From Anthoceros angustus (Eukaryota > Plantae > Anthocerotophyta): a stretch of 64,000 nt of DNA. The position numbers and the translations under genes are program-made. The notes below the pieces were generated by a model. The model worked only from the letters and a program-made list of their open reading frames with translations, had not been told where the DNA came from and did no database searches. The stretch spans positions 186,001-250,000 of the forward strand of contig VJWM01000239.1 in NCBI GenBank assembly GCA_010909165.1, read 5' to 3'. Of this stretch, positions 1 through 14,981 are shown one piece after another. The number at the start of each line of letters is the position of its first letter. The stretch's first letter is position 1.

Positions 1-3000
1 TGTGACCATGAAGGAGGGGTTTCCATCCGAATTTGTGGTATGTTCCTAAGTAGGTGTATCCCACGCCATCTGAACACTGTTTTTGTCCACATTGAAAGCC
101 TTGAATTTTGTTCAGGGAGAAAGTTGAATGATGGACTCAGTCAGATACGCCACGATTTTCAGTGTAATGCCAGGCTGCTGTCTGGGGCCTTGAAGTGACT
201 ACTTGTCAGGACGTATGGGTTGTGCAGAGTATCTAACGATATCACTTCTTCGCAGGTCGATGTGCCAGTTGATCCATTTTTGTACCCAAAATTGAAAAAC
301 TGTGGAGTGGAGATTGATATACTGAGCCGCAGTAATTTCTCATTTTTCTTCCGAGCGCTTGTTGCAACACTTCCTGGTGTGCTCATTATCCTATACATTC
401 GTGCCCTTCAATATCGGGCAAAGGAAAAAATGTCCGAGGAGATCTATGATTTGCTTACCATGAATCGCCGACAGTTGATCCTGGTCCAATATCTTGACCC
501 TAGTCTCTTCTCTGTGTACCTCACATGACTCCTGATAGCTACTCGAGCTGACTCCATGAATTCTTTGCTCAACTTCAGCCGGAGGTAGCTGCTGACAAGG
601 CGAAGTCACAATACAAGGATGTTGTTGTTGGAGGGGATGTGTGGGTAGTTCTAGACGAAATTATGACCTACATGCGAGATCCACTGAAGTACCACAGCAA
701 GGGAGTGAAGCTGCCCAGGGTAAGTTGCTAGCTCGTGTTGTCTCTTATGTTTCATCTGAATAGTGTGAGGTTAAGCAAGCGATGAGGGCCTGCAAGTTTT
801 GATGGGTTTATACTCTTGTGCTTTCCATGTTTGGTTGGTGCCAGCCTGAAAGTAAGGAGTTTTTCATGTGATGTACTGAACACAGGGGATCCTCATCAGT
901 GGACCGCCTGGAACTGGAAAAACATTGCTTGCAAGGGCAATTGCAAGAGAATGTGGGCTCCCCTTCGTGTTTGCATCTGGTGCAGAGTTTGTTGAATCCA
1001 GCTCTGGCAATGGATCGGACAAGGTCTTTGATATTTTCTTCACAGCACGGGCAAATGTATGAAACCTCCCTTTACTCTGCATCTTCGTTTGTGGTCAAGG
1101 CAATTTTCTTATGCACCTGAAGGCTTTGTCCTTGCAGGCACCATCTTTTGTGTTCATTGATGAGATTGATGCTCTTGCGGGAAAGAATGCAAAGGATGAT
1201 GCAGAACGAAGGGCAACTTTCCAGCAGCTGTTGGCTGAACTAGATGGCGAGTGAGTGGGGTCCGGAGACGACAAGCTTGTTGTGCTAGTCTCCTAGCTGG
1301 TGTTTCTCTGTTGGAATGATGGCAAGTTCCAGGTCAGGTCCTGCAGGTGAATACTGATGCTATGGCAATTGCAGGCCAGACGATACAGATGTTGATAGAT
1401 TTTCCCTTCGCCAGGCGGTTATACTCATTGCCGCAACAAATCGACCTGATGAGCTAGATGAACAGCTCACAGTGCCTGGTCGCATTGATCGAGAGATCAC
1501 TATTGGATTACCTGGGGAGGCAGAGCGACTGCAGATATTTGAGGTTCACAGTGAAGGCAAAAGGCTGGCCAAGGATGTTGACTTCTCTAAGGTGACCGTC
1601 CAGCTTGTCTGCCGGTGTCCTTGTTTCAGACGTTCAATTGTTCTCTAAACCTCCTGGTTGAAAGACGACACCTAGTATGCCTTCTGGTTGTGCACTGTGA
1701 TGCTTATTGTTTTTGACTGAAGAGCACTGTGTAAACGTGCTGTATGAATTGATCCCCTTCTGTTTTCATATGTTTCAGATGGTATACAGGACCATAGGGT
1801 ACTCCGGGGCAGACATCAGAAATTTCATCAATGAAGCTGGGATTATGGCGGTAAGTACGTAATTGCACGTTATATCCCTGCAACAGGTTGGGAGCTCGTT
1901 ATTGCAGGCTTAAAATGGCTCCCCTTCACGTTATTGAATTCAGGTCAGAAAGGGACGTACTGAAATCACTCAGGGTGACTTTCTGGAAGTTTTGGACAAG
2001 CAACTGTTTGAAGGGATGGGAATGGTTCTGACAGACGATGAGCAGCAAAGGATTGTCTCTCAGGTGCGTAATTGTGTGTGGCCGCTCTACTCTGTTGTTG
2101 CTTACCCTACGGCCACAAATGAAACCTTGCTTGTATGCTCCCAACAGGTACCTGAGGGAACAAAAAGACTCCTTGCAGTGCATGAGGCTGGGCATATACT
2201 GCTGGCACATCTCTTCCCACGTTTTGATTGGCATGCCTTTAGTAATCTGTTACCAGGTGGCAAGGTATGCTCCGGATTTGCAGCTGCATCTGAAGCTTCT
2301 TGTTTGTGTAAAATATCCCTCCCCAGCTGTGTGGCTCAAAGCTTTGGGTGCTGTTTCTGGGTGCAGGATACTGCGTTAACAGTTTTTTTCCCGCGAGAGG
2401 AAATGCTGCAATTGGGGTACACCACCGTTGGATATTTGAAGATGCAAATGGTTGTCGCTCATGGTGGTCGGTGTGCGGAACGAATTATAAACGGCGATGA
2501 CATCACCGATGGAGGGCAGGATGACCTTGTGAACATCTCCAGGGTGATTGTTCGGACCGTGACCCAGCTGGCCTGCTACTGACTTCTGTGTTTTTACTGG
2601 CTAATCGTGGTCTTATTTTAGATTGCGCGCGAGATAGCTATAACTCATGCAAGCCCACGCCTTGGACTTTTCCCGAAACAATGGCAAGGGCACCTCGATC
2701 CTCAAGAACGTCCGGGTGAAGTAGCTCTGATTCCCAATGAGGTAGACCTCTCGTCTATATGTCACTCTTTTCCAAATTTCTCCGGCCGTCCTCATGGCTA
2801 TTGGCGATTTCCAGTTGTGGCACCTGGAACCCACTCCCCTTCTTCATTCCTTGCATTGCCTATGCAAATGAAAGTTGGAATCGTCTGTGCTATGCAGTGG
2901 AGCAAACCAGGCTCGCTTATCACGAACATGACTGTTGAATTTTCGGAACTGTTCACCAGGGAAGTGCGAAGGGTAAGCGGACCAGTGCCTACGACCCTTA

Positions 3001-3558
3001 ATTCGGGCTGTGATTCTAAGACTTTCACGGCCTGTCATTGCCGCTCTTCTTGAATTTACCCTCGGTAACTACATACGTCGTCGATGGTTGCAGTACATCG
3101 ATGAGACCGAAGACCAGGCCATGGAGGCCTTACGGAAAAACAGACACATTCTGGAGAGACTCGTGGACGAACTGGTGGTCAAAACCAAACTCAGCGGAAT
3201 TGTGAGTAACATCACCCAGCTTGTGATGAAGTTCCGCATGTCTTGAACCCTGTCCGCCTCCGTTGTGCTAAACACACGTTGTGCCTAAACTGGACAGGAA
3301 GCGGAAGAAATAATCAAGTCCATGGACCCAATAATGATGGAAGATCCAATGTACTTCCCGCCAATCAAGTTCGGCCAGGTCGTCATCTCTGTTCCCCTAC
3401 TACGTGAAATCATGTCCTCGTTGTCCGTCCCAAACTGACTTTCGGAGATCTGAGACCAAACTGATTTACCTGTGCAGGAGATGCCAGCGCTGCCGCCCAA
3501 CATGAAAGGCCGATACGAGTACTTAGACATCTACCCCGCGCCCCTACATCGATGTTGA
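1..3558 (+). CDS. FTSH12: FtsH12 chloroplast AAA+ zinc metalloprotease, multi-exon, 5' end outside window
   Basis: Spliced translation gives Walker A GPPGTGKT (exon from ~885), Walker B FIDEID, DRFSLRQAV, zinc motif HEAGH followed by LAHLFPRFDWHAFS and MQMVVAHGGRCAER, and C-terminus APLHRC* (TGA 3556-3558). All match FtsH12 as recalled. GT-AG introns. Confidence 0.93.
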
Positions 3559-4464
3559 CGACGCTAGTCGCGATTCGCGATTCGCGATTCCATCTCCCAT
3601 GTGCCCGCCATGTGACTTCGAGATTGAGACCATCTAAAATTTTGTAGGAACCGAAGGCAGCGCCAAAACCCAAGCTGCCATGCCAGTCACCAAACTCCGT
3701 TTGGCGTCGGGAGTCTTGTCATACCAACAGTATGTGTACGTCACCGATGCCCTAACGTGGCTTGATGATGGAGCTTCAGGACATCCCTAATCATACTTAT
3801 ACATGCATGCGACGCGTATGAATTATCGATCATTTCCCCAGCCGCCGTGTAAGTTTCCCTCCAACGACCATGACGAACCGGAATCCTGTAACCCGACTCA
3901 AAAAGCAAAAGGGCTTCAGCTGAAGACGCACAAACTGGTCCTTCCAACGGGTCCGAAATTCGCCAGTTCCTGCAGCTGCTCCAACAAATTCCTTCATTCC
4001 TGCCTGCGCCATGCGATTCGTGGAAGCGAATCGAATCGTCTCCGCACGCCTGCGCGGGACGGCATTCCCCTCCCCGATCTCACTCCGGTCCTGCAGCTGG
4101 ATGCCTCGGAATGCTAGCGAGGGTTGCTGGAAGGCTGGGTTGGTATGGTGGAATCGGCATCGCTGCCCGGACGAGGAAGCGGGCGGAAGCGGGGTCTGGT
4201 GAAGTAGCTGGCTGGAGCAGAATTTGATTGCGAATCACAGCTCCTTTTGTTGCAAGCTGGAATTGGAAGAAGGGTTTGTGAGGGAGGCTGTTTACACAGG
4301 AGGTATGTATGTCTGAGGTTGCGGTTACTGAAGATGCTACATCGAGATGTGTTTGAGGATGTTCATGGACGTTTGTGTGTAAAAAATGATTCAGGGGGGT
4401 GTGTGGAATTCGGCAGCGGGGGCGAGGAGGCGAGAATTAGGTGTCCGATGTGAGCTCTGGCAGC

Positions 4465-7400
4465 ATGGCTCTGCCTTTCACGGCTTCTCCAAGGGCTTGG
4501 GAGTGGATACTGGAGAAGCTCGTGGATAACAAGGATGTGGGAACTCCGATTGTGAAAGGTAGGTTCGCTGGACGCAGAATTGGTGCGGGAAGGGTTTGGT
4601 CCTGGGAGGTGTTGTGTCTGTCAGTTTTTTTCGTCGGTTGAGCTGGTCTTGGCGAGTGGATCAGCTTGTCCTGATTTGGCGGTTTTGCTTGCTTTAGGGT
4701 TGGCGGGTTACGTCCCCGACATTGAGGAGCCAGAATGCCGCCCCCTAGTACGTCGAATGGCTCTGCGGTATTTGGAAGAAGCCATGGTGAAAAACAGGAT
4801 TGATGTGACCGCCATCCCGCTGCTGGAGTCGGCGTGCTCATTTGAGTTGGAGAACAGTTCTTGTAGAGATGTTATCGCGCAGAAGATGCGGGACCGCAAG
4901 CTTCTGCATCGTGTGAAAATTGAGGTGATGACAGTGAGAACCCCAGCTCCTCTTGGGGCCTGGAATGTCCTCTGTTGTTGTAGTGACAAGAGCGTGTGGT
5001 GGGGTGGGTTGGTAGTTTTTGTGGAGGAGGTGTGTGAGTGAGCTGATCGTGGTATTGTTCGTACCTGGCAGGCTGTCATATGCTGTGTCAGACAGACACA
5101 GCCGGATTGGTCTGCTTTTCTTGAGACCTTGAATGAGGTGTTCCCGCCCGAAGACCTCAGTCCAGAAAATCAGACTCAGAGGAACGAGCTTCTGTCAGTT
5201 TTCAAGGTAGGCGAGAGGCAGACTTGCCTGGTTGTTGCGACTTTGATGACCAAAAGCAATGTCAGGTACTGAATTATGATCTTGGCTGGCTTCAGAGCAA
5301 GGACATTCGTAGCATACCCTTGGATGCCAGTTTGAAAAAAGACCTCTTCCGATTTACGCAGCAGAAACAGAAAATGCTTAACAAGCCTGTTCTGGATCAG
5401 GTGCGTTAGATAAGTCGATTATGCTTGTATGCTTTTATTAAATGCAAACTGAATGCATTGGAGCTATGCGTCCCAACGAGGGGTTGCCACGTTCTTTATA
5501 CTTGTTAATGGTCTGTGTAACCTGCATCAGCTCGTTGAAGCTGAAAGAGACCATTTGTGCATTCTAACCATTTTGCTGCGTTGTCGATCATGTAGCTCGC
5601 AAATTCGTACGTGCAGACCATGTCTGTGTCCAATGGTAGGATGTCTGGCAGCAGAGAGGACCTCCATGGTGTGAGATCACCTGACGCAGACTTCATCAAC
5701 AATGCAAAGGCGATGTTAGGGCTGGGACCTGCAACAGCAAGTGACCCTCATCGCAGGCCAGAGGCGATGCAGAAGCAAATGTGTGTGGAAAGTAAGGAAG
5801 ACGGAACAGAGTTGCAGGAGACACCCCAGAACCATGAAGTCAAGGTTGGATTGAAGGACAGTGGTGTGAGAACTAGAGATGTTGAAGGCATTGGGCATGG
5901 TATGGAGGCTTGCAATGGGGCGAGCCCTACAGTGTCTGTGCAGAGTGATGCTTTAACAGAAATCGTGTACTTCCGGAAGCAACAAGGAAGGGGCCTAGTC
6001 GATCAGCGAAAAAGACGAAGGGAGTCTCTTGACAGTGACGATGCAACACATGCCATTGGTGATGGAGGTGCCGCACGTTTCCATTCTGGGTGCAGAGCCA
6101 GAATGAATGGCAACTCCTGTGCCACTCCCCTGAAGCGAATGACGGGTAAATGCTACGAATGCAGCATGGGGGGTAGCCTCCTGTTTTGTGATGGCTGTAA
6201 AGCGTCGTACCATCATGAATGTCTGGCCCAACAGCTGACATGCAACTGGACTTGCCCTGATTGTGGAAAAATCTGTACAGTGGTACGTGACCGTTAGGCT
6301 TGAAGGTGAACTTGTGTGTCAGTGGTTCCTTGCTTCTTTCTTTTCAAGTGCATGTGATCTAAGTTGCATTTGTGTTCTTGTGTGTTGCAGCCAGCTTGAA
6401 ACTTCTGCTGCCTCCACCACCTTTGGGAAAGCTCAATGGAACTGTCAGAGAACCTGGTGCCTCTGGTGCTGCAGCTCTTGATTGCAGAGCCTCTTTGGAT
6501 CCTCTCGTGCATAGTGGGATGTTTATGCAGCTCATGTGTCCACAAGCCCTCTTCAGAAAAATGACGCAGGATGCAGTGCTACAGAACTAACTCTTTTGGG
6601 GGCCAAACTAAGGAAAGGGAAGGAATCACAATACATGGAACAAGTTCCAGACTTCAAGAGACAACCATTGCGGCACAGATGGGTGTGAAGGGATGCTCAG
6701 ACACAAGAAGTGGAGGATATGAGAATGATGGCAAAGCTTCTTCTGTTGGCAAAAGGGCATGCTCTTCCGATGACGATGATGATGATGTGCAAATTCTGGA
6801 ATCCATCAGCTGTAAACGACCTAAAGTCATCAACCTTGAGGAAGACTTTAAAACTGCGCACTTGAAGACAATTACAGATCTTGATAGTGCTGAGCACTGC
6901 CCTCTGCAGCCAACGTGTGGGGATCTAACAGGAGAGGCTGTAGCCGTGGAGCATGCTGTTGAGCAGCCCAGTGCTGAGGCAGTGGTCGAGGAACCAGCAG
7001 AAAACGTTGAACGTTTGATTGTCATTAGTGACGGTCAGAATGTTGAGAGGAAGCAGACTGCCAGTTCCTCTTGGGGGCCTGGAATGTCCTCTGTTGTTGT
7101 AGTGACAAGAGCGTGTGGTGGGGTGGGTTGGTAGTTTTGTGGAGGAGGTGTGTGAGTGAGCTGATCGTGGTATTGTTCGTACCTGGCAGGCTGTCATATG
7201 CTGTGTCAGACAGACACAGCCGGATTGGTCTGCTTTTCTTGAGACCTTGAATGAGGTGTTCCCGCCGAAGACCTCAGTCCAGAAAATCAGACTCAGAGGA
7301 ACGAGCTTCTGTCAGTTTTCAAGGTAGGCGAGAGGCAGACTTGCCTGGTTGTTGCGACTTTGATGACCAAAAGCAATGTCAGGTACTGAATTATGATCTT

Positions 7401-10400
7401 GGCTGGCTTCAGAGCAAGGACATTCGTAGCATACCCTTGGATGCCAGTTTGAAAAAGACCTCTTCCGATTTACGCAGCAGAAACAGAAAAATGCTTAACA
7501 AGCCTGTTCTGGATCAGGTGCGTTAGATAAGTCGATTATGCTTGTATGCTTTTATTAAATGCAAACTGAATGCATTGGAGCTATGCGTCCCAACGAGGGG
7601 TTGCCACGTTCTTTATACTTGTTAATGGTCTGTGTAACCTGCATCAGCTCGTTGAAGCTGAAAGAGACCATTTGTGCATTCTAACCATTTTGCTGCGTTG
7701 TCGATCATGTAGCTCAGAATTCGTACGTGCAGACCATGTCTGTGTCCAATGGTAGGATGTCTGGCAGCAGAGAGGACCTCCATGGTGTGAGATCACCTGA
7801 CGCAGACTTCATCAACAATGCAAAGGCGATGTTAGGGCTGGGACCTGCAACAGCAAGTGACCCTCATCGCAGGCCAGAGGCGATGCAGAAGCAAATGTGT
7901 GTGGAAAGTAAGGAAGACGGAACAGAGTTGCAGGAGACACCCCAGAACCATGAAGTCAAGGTTGGATTGAAGGACAGTGGTGTGAGAACTAGAGATGTTG
8001 AAGGCATTGGGCATGGTATGGAGGCTTGCAATGGGGCGAGCCCTACAGTGTCTGTGCAGAGTGATGCTTTAACAGAAATCGTGTACTTCCGGAAGCAACA
8101 AGGAAGGGGCCTAGTCGATCAGCGAAAAGACGAAGGAGTCTCTTGACAGTGACGATGCAACACATGCCATTGGTGATGGAGGTGCCGCACGTTTCCATTC
8201 TGGGTGCAGAGCCAGAATGAATGGCAACTCCTGTGCCACTCCCTGAAGCGAATGACGGGTAAATGCTACGAATGCAGCATGGGGGTAGCCTCCTGTTTTG
8301 TGATGGCTGTAAAGCGTCGTACCATCATGAATGTCTGGCCCAACAGCTGACATGCAACTGGACTTGCCCTGATTGTGGAAAAATCTGTACAGTGGTACGT
8401 GACCGTTAGGCTTGAAGGTGAACTTGTGTGTCAGTGGTTCCTTGCTTCTCTTTCTTTTTCAAGTGCATGTGATCTAAGTTGCATTTGTGTCTTGTGTGTT
8501 GCAGCCAGCTTCGAAACTTCTGCTGCCTCCACCACCTTTGGGAAAGCTCAATGGAACTGTCAGAGAACCTGGTGCCTCTGGTGCTGCAGCTCTCGCTGAT
8601 TGCAGAGCCTCTTTGGATCCTCTCGTGCATAGTGGGGATGTTTATGCAGCTCATGTGTCCACAAGCCCTCTTCAGAAAAATGACGCAGGATGCAGTGCTA
8701 CAGAACTAACTCTTTTGGGGGGCCAAACTAAGGAAAGGGAAGGAATCACAATACATGGAACAAGTTCCAGACTTCAAGAGACAACCATTGCGGCACAGAT
8801 GGGTGTGAAGGGATGCTCAGACACAAGAAGTGGAGGATATGAGAATGATGGCAAAGCTTCTTCTGTTGGCAAAAGGGCATGCTCTTCCGATGACGATGAT
8901 GATGATGTGCAAATTCTGGAATCCATCAGCTGTAAACGACCTAAAGTCATCAACCTTGAGGAAGACTTTAAAACTGCGCACTTGAAGACAATTACAGATC
9001 TTGATAGTGCTGAGCACTGCCCTCTGCAGCCAACGTGTGGGGATCTAACAGGAGAGGCTGTAGCCGTGGAGCATGCTGTTGAGCAGCCCAGTGCTGAGGC
9101 AGTGGTCGAGGAACCAGCAGAAAACGTTGAACGTTTGATTGTCATTAGTGACGGTCAGAATGTTGAGAGGAAGCAGACTGCCAGTTCCTCGGAACCTGGC
9201 GACAGGGAAGCTGAACGCTGCCACGATGGGGAGGAGTTGGACGCTGTGGACTTGGAGATGAGGAAGCTGATAGAAGTACAGTATTTATGTCGTCGGCAGG
9301 ATGGTCATGAAGAGGTTTGTCACCTGTGTGGGGATACAGGAACCATGATATCTTGTGAAACATGTCCGATTGCAATGCATAAAAGCTGTCTTGGCCCTGA
9401 TCAGTCTTCTGCGGATGAGAGCGGAAAGTGGTTGTGTCCTTACTGTGTGAGGAAGAAAGCAGTGCAAGCTCTTGTACAGGCCAGGGAGGCTACTAAGCTC
9501 GCTCGAAAGCAGCTGTTGGACGCAGAGAAAGCTTTAGCAGCATTGAAAGATAAGCCGCTGCCAAGGCAAGAGCAAAGGCAAAGGCAAAGGCCTGAGGGTT
9601 CAAGTGCTGGTGGACCGCATAGCTCTCCCGGGGTGGCATCCAAAGAGGTTGAGCTAACTAAGGTTCCCCCTATGGAGCAAACAGAAGGTACTGTTACAAC
9701 TGATCGAGACAGTCTTCAATTTGTCTCTTCTGCTTGGTCGGGTATTCATCCCGGGATTGTACATCCGCTGGTACCTGCCTGTGTGCAGGTGAGAATGGGA
9801 AGGTCTCTCCGGGAGCGACTGCGTGCAAGACAAGAGCCGGAAGCGAAGAGCATCAAGCAGCCAGTGACGCAGGTGGTGATGCTCCTTCCCCTGCATACGG
9901 TGCGTCTTCTGGATGTGATTCTCCCAAAGGAGGAGCTTCCGATGAGAGGCATGATGGGGAGGTGGACCCCACATCCCGGACGTCCAAGGCCCACAGAAAA
10001 TTGTCCAGGTAACGTTTCCGAAAGGTTGCCATCTCTGCGGCTGATGAAACAGGTGGTGTAGTCTGATGGGTGTCTGACCGGCACCGCAGTGGGCGGAAGG
10101 CAGTCCCTGGACTCCGCAGAAAAGCGCTACCATGGACCACCGAAGAAGAACAAGTCTTACGGGTAGGTGAAAACGAGCGTTAGGTTAGGTGTATGTCTGC
10201 TGACGTCCCAACGTCCCAACCCGCTCGCCATGTGCCTCACATCTCGGCGATCTTTGTGGTTCTTGTGCAGGAGGGAGTGGCACGATTCTCTAAAGACGGT
10301 ACGTGGGGTTATCAGTGGCAACGTATCCTGGAGTTTGGAGCCGGCAAGTTTGACAAGAGCCGGACCGGTGTTGACCTAAAGGACAAGTGGAGGAACATGC

Positions 10401-10432
10401 AAAGGCGAGCAGGCTCTCCCAGCTTGCGCTAG
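4465..10432 (+). CDS. PHD-finger (x2) plus C-terminal telobox Myb (TRF-like) protein, containing an internal tandem duplication
   Basis: ATG 4465 (MALPFTASPRAWEWILE). PHD1 CYECSMGGSLLFCDGCKASYHHECL..WTCPDC (~6150-6270, repeated ~8265-8385). PHD2 CHLCGDTGTMISCETCPIAMHKSC..WLCPYC (~9320-9445). Myb RRKALPWTTEEEQVLR|EGVARF..DLKDKWRN, stop 10432. Confidence 0.8.
4943..9190 (+). repeat. Near-identical tandem duplication, unit ~2.12 kb (4943-7060 and 7061-9190)
   Basis: Both copies are directly alignable. Junction microhomology is ccagctcctc (4943) vs ccagttcctc (7061, 9181). Differences are mostly 1-nt homopolymer indels. Confidence 0.95.
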
Positions 10433-11434
10433 ATCAGCGTATGTCACGCTTCCTGCTCTGCCAGTTGCGCACCAGTTGCTGTGTATGCCATTGATTGCCG
10501 TAGGTGCATCCGCAATGAGTGATGAGGAGGCCACCTGTTTTGTACATACATTCAGTGGAAGCATGCATTGCTGATGATGGAGGGTGTTGGGTCCCGAGCT
10601 AATTTGTCTGGTTGTGGCGAAGCAGTGGGGCTATGCTCTACTTCCCCTGGCTTGTCTGCGAAGTGGGATATGAGAAATGTACCTCCCTGTCTGCCACCAA
10701 GATCACAGGGATCCAGAGCCCACCCCCATTCACGAGCAGCGGCAGGCCCGCTGCTGTACTGTCCTGCCACGCCATTTGCCCTCCTCCTCGGTCACGGAGC
10801 CCGTCGGGTGCCTGCGCTGCCTGGCCGCCTGGCCGCCTGGCGGCGCGGCGTCTCTGATCAGAAATAGTGCCTGCACCCAGAACTGGCAGTCGGACAGTTT
10901 TGGAGGTTTGGATCACATCCGCCATGCCGGCCAGCTGGCCCGAGATGGCGGTGCCAACAGAGCCAAAGGTGTGTGGGGTCCGGTACCCGGTTACCTTACG
11001 GATTCCGTGGGGCTAACTTATATCCGTTTGACACACGTATCCGTAACACGTATTAAAATCGCCAAGAGCCGGGACGCCGGGCCCTGCGACTGCGAGAGCG
11101 GCATGGCTTGCATTGATTGCTTGGCGCGCCGTTACAGTGCCGTGACTCGAAATTTGAATTCGCACGCCAATTATTTTGCAAATAACGAACGGTTATTGTT
11201 GGCTCCGGGACTACCCCGTTTGCCGTTACTGCCGGTTCGGCAGTCCGTCATTGCTGCTCGCTGCCATCCGGGTCCCTCTGCTTCCCCTCTCTCCCTCCTC
11301 GCCTTCCTCTCGCCTCGCGCAATCTGTGCCTGCGCCCGCGACCGCGACCGCAGCCGTCGAAGGCTCCCGCCGCCCTTGCCGATCCGCCGCTCGCCGGCTT
11401 GCCGCAAGGCCGCGCATTCCATCCAGCCGCCAAA

Positions 11435-12217
<783 letters not shown>

Positions 12218-13441
12218 AGACTACAACATACATTGAGTCAGTTCAACATGACCTTTTCGGGAATGGTGTTTGGAGGCCAGAATTTCGGCAACTCTCTTGT
12301 TGACGTGGGGATTTCGAAGGGCAGGGTGTGAAACTAGCAAACGGGCGGATGGTCTTCAACGGGGCATGTGTGGTGGTGCTGCCCATCGTTGTTCTGAAAC
12401 CAGTAACCTAAATCTGGGGAGAATCTCCTGCAGTATAGAATAGCGATAATGTTATTACAGGCCCCACAAGTGTTTCTCTGCTCATGTATTATAATTCTTT
12501 GGTTCTAGGATATCGATGGAGTGTAGGCAAGGTTCTCAATTTTTGCTATGTAGGGTACATTCTTCACTAAACCTGCTGTCGACACATCTCTGCTACCTAC
12601 CCTGGAGGCACTCCGATAAAGCAATGATGCAGCATCCTTGGAAATGGCCCCGAGCGTGTATTCATTTGAAATAAGAATTTTGTTTCAAACGCGTTAAAGT
12701 CTTCATTTTTCTGTTGTTCTGCTGGACCACCTCCGAGAGCTGTATTCGCCAGATCGGATCAATTGTCGCACAGCTCGACAGCTCGGCTCGACCCTGCTGG
12801 TTTGCTGTTTACCAGTCTCGTCCTCCAAAACGAGTACGGATACAAGAGTCATCGTGTTGCTGACTACCCATTTCGGATGGACATCGCAGGACGAATGTTA
12901 GCGTCGGTTCGACGCTTGGATCATCTCCTTCAAACGTAGGATCCCGAAAGTTCGGACAGCTGGCCTGAGATGGCGGTGCCAACAGAGCCAAAGGTGTGTG
13001 GGGTCCGGTACCCGGTTACCTTACGGATTCCGTGGGGCTAACTTATATCCGTTTGACACACGTATCCGTAACACGTATTAAAATCGCCAAGAGCCGGGAC
13101 GCCGGGCCCTGCGACTGCGAGAGCGGCATTGCTTGGCGCGCCGTTACAGTGCCGTGACTCGAAATTTGAATTCGCACGCCAATTATTTTGCAAATAACGA
13201 ACGGTTATTGTTGGCTCCGGGACTACCCTGTTTGCCGTTACTGCCGGTTCGGCAGTCCGTCATTGCTGCTCGCTGCCATCCGGGTCCCTCTGCTTCCCCT
13301 CTCCTCCTCGCCTTCCTCGCCTCGCGCAATCTGTGCCTGCGCCCGCGACCGCGACCGCAGCCGTCGAAGGCTCCCGCCGCCCTTGCCGATCCGCCGCTCG
13401 CCGGCTTGCCGCAAGGCCGCGCATTCCATCCAGCCGCCAAA

Positions 13442-14240
<799 letters not shown>

Positions 14241-14981
14241 GTCAGTTCAACATGACCTTTTCGGGAATGGTGTTTGAGGCCAGAATTTCGGCAACTCTCT
14301 TGTTGACGTGGGGATTTCGAAGGGCAGGGTGTGAAACTAGCAAACGGGCGGATGGTCTTCAACGGGGCATGTGTGGTGGTGCTGCCCATCGTTGTTCTGA
14401 AACCAGTAACCTAAATCTGGGGGAGAATCTCCTGCAGTATAGAATAGCGATAATGTTATTACAGGCCCCACAAGTGTTTCTCTGCTCATGTATTATAATT
14501 CTTTGGTTCTAGGATATCGATGGAGTGTAGGCAAGGTTCTCAATTTTTGCTATGTAGGGTACATTCTTCACTAAACCTGCTGTCGACACATCTCTGCTAC
14601 CTACCCTGGAGGCACTCCGATAAAGCAATGATGCAGCATCCTTGAAATGATGGAGCGTGTATTCATTTGAAATAAGAATTTTGTTTCAAACGCGTTAAAG
14701 TCTTCATTTTTCTGTTGTTCTGCTGGACCACCTCCGAGAGCTGTATTCGCCAGATCGGATCAATTGTCGCACAGCTCGACAGCTCGGCTCGACCCTGCTG
14801 GTTTGCTGTTTACCAGTCTCGTCCTCCAAAACGAGTACGGATACAAGAGTCATCGTGTTGCTGACTACCCATTTCGGATGGACATCGCAGGACGAATGTT
14901 AGCGTCGGTTCGACGCTTGGATCATCTCCTTCAAACGTAGGATCCCGAAAGTTCGGACAGCCTTTCCTAACAGTGGAGTTG

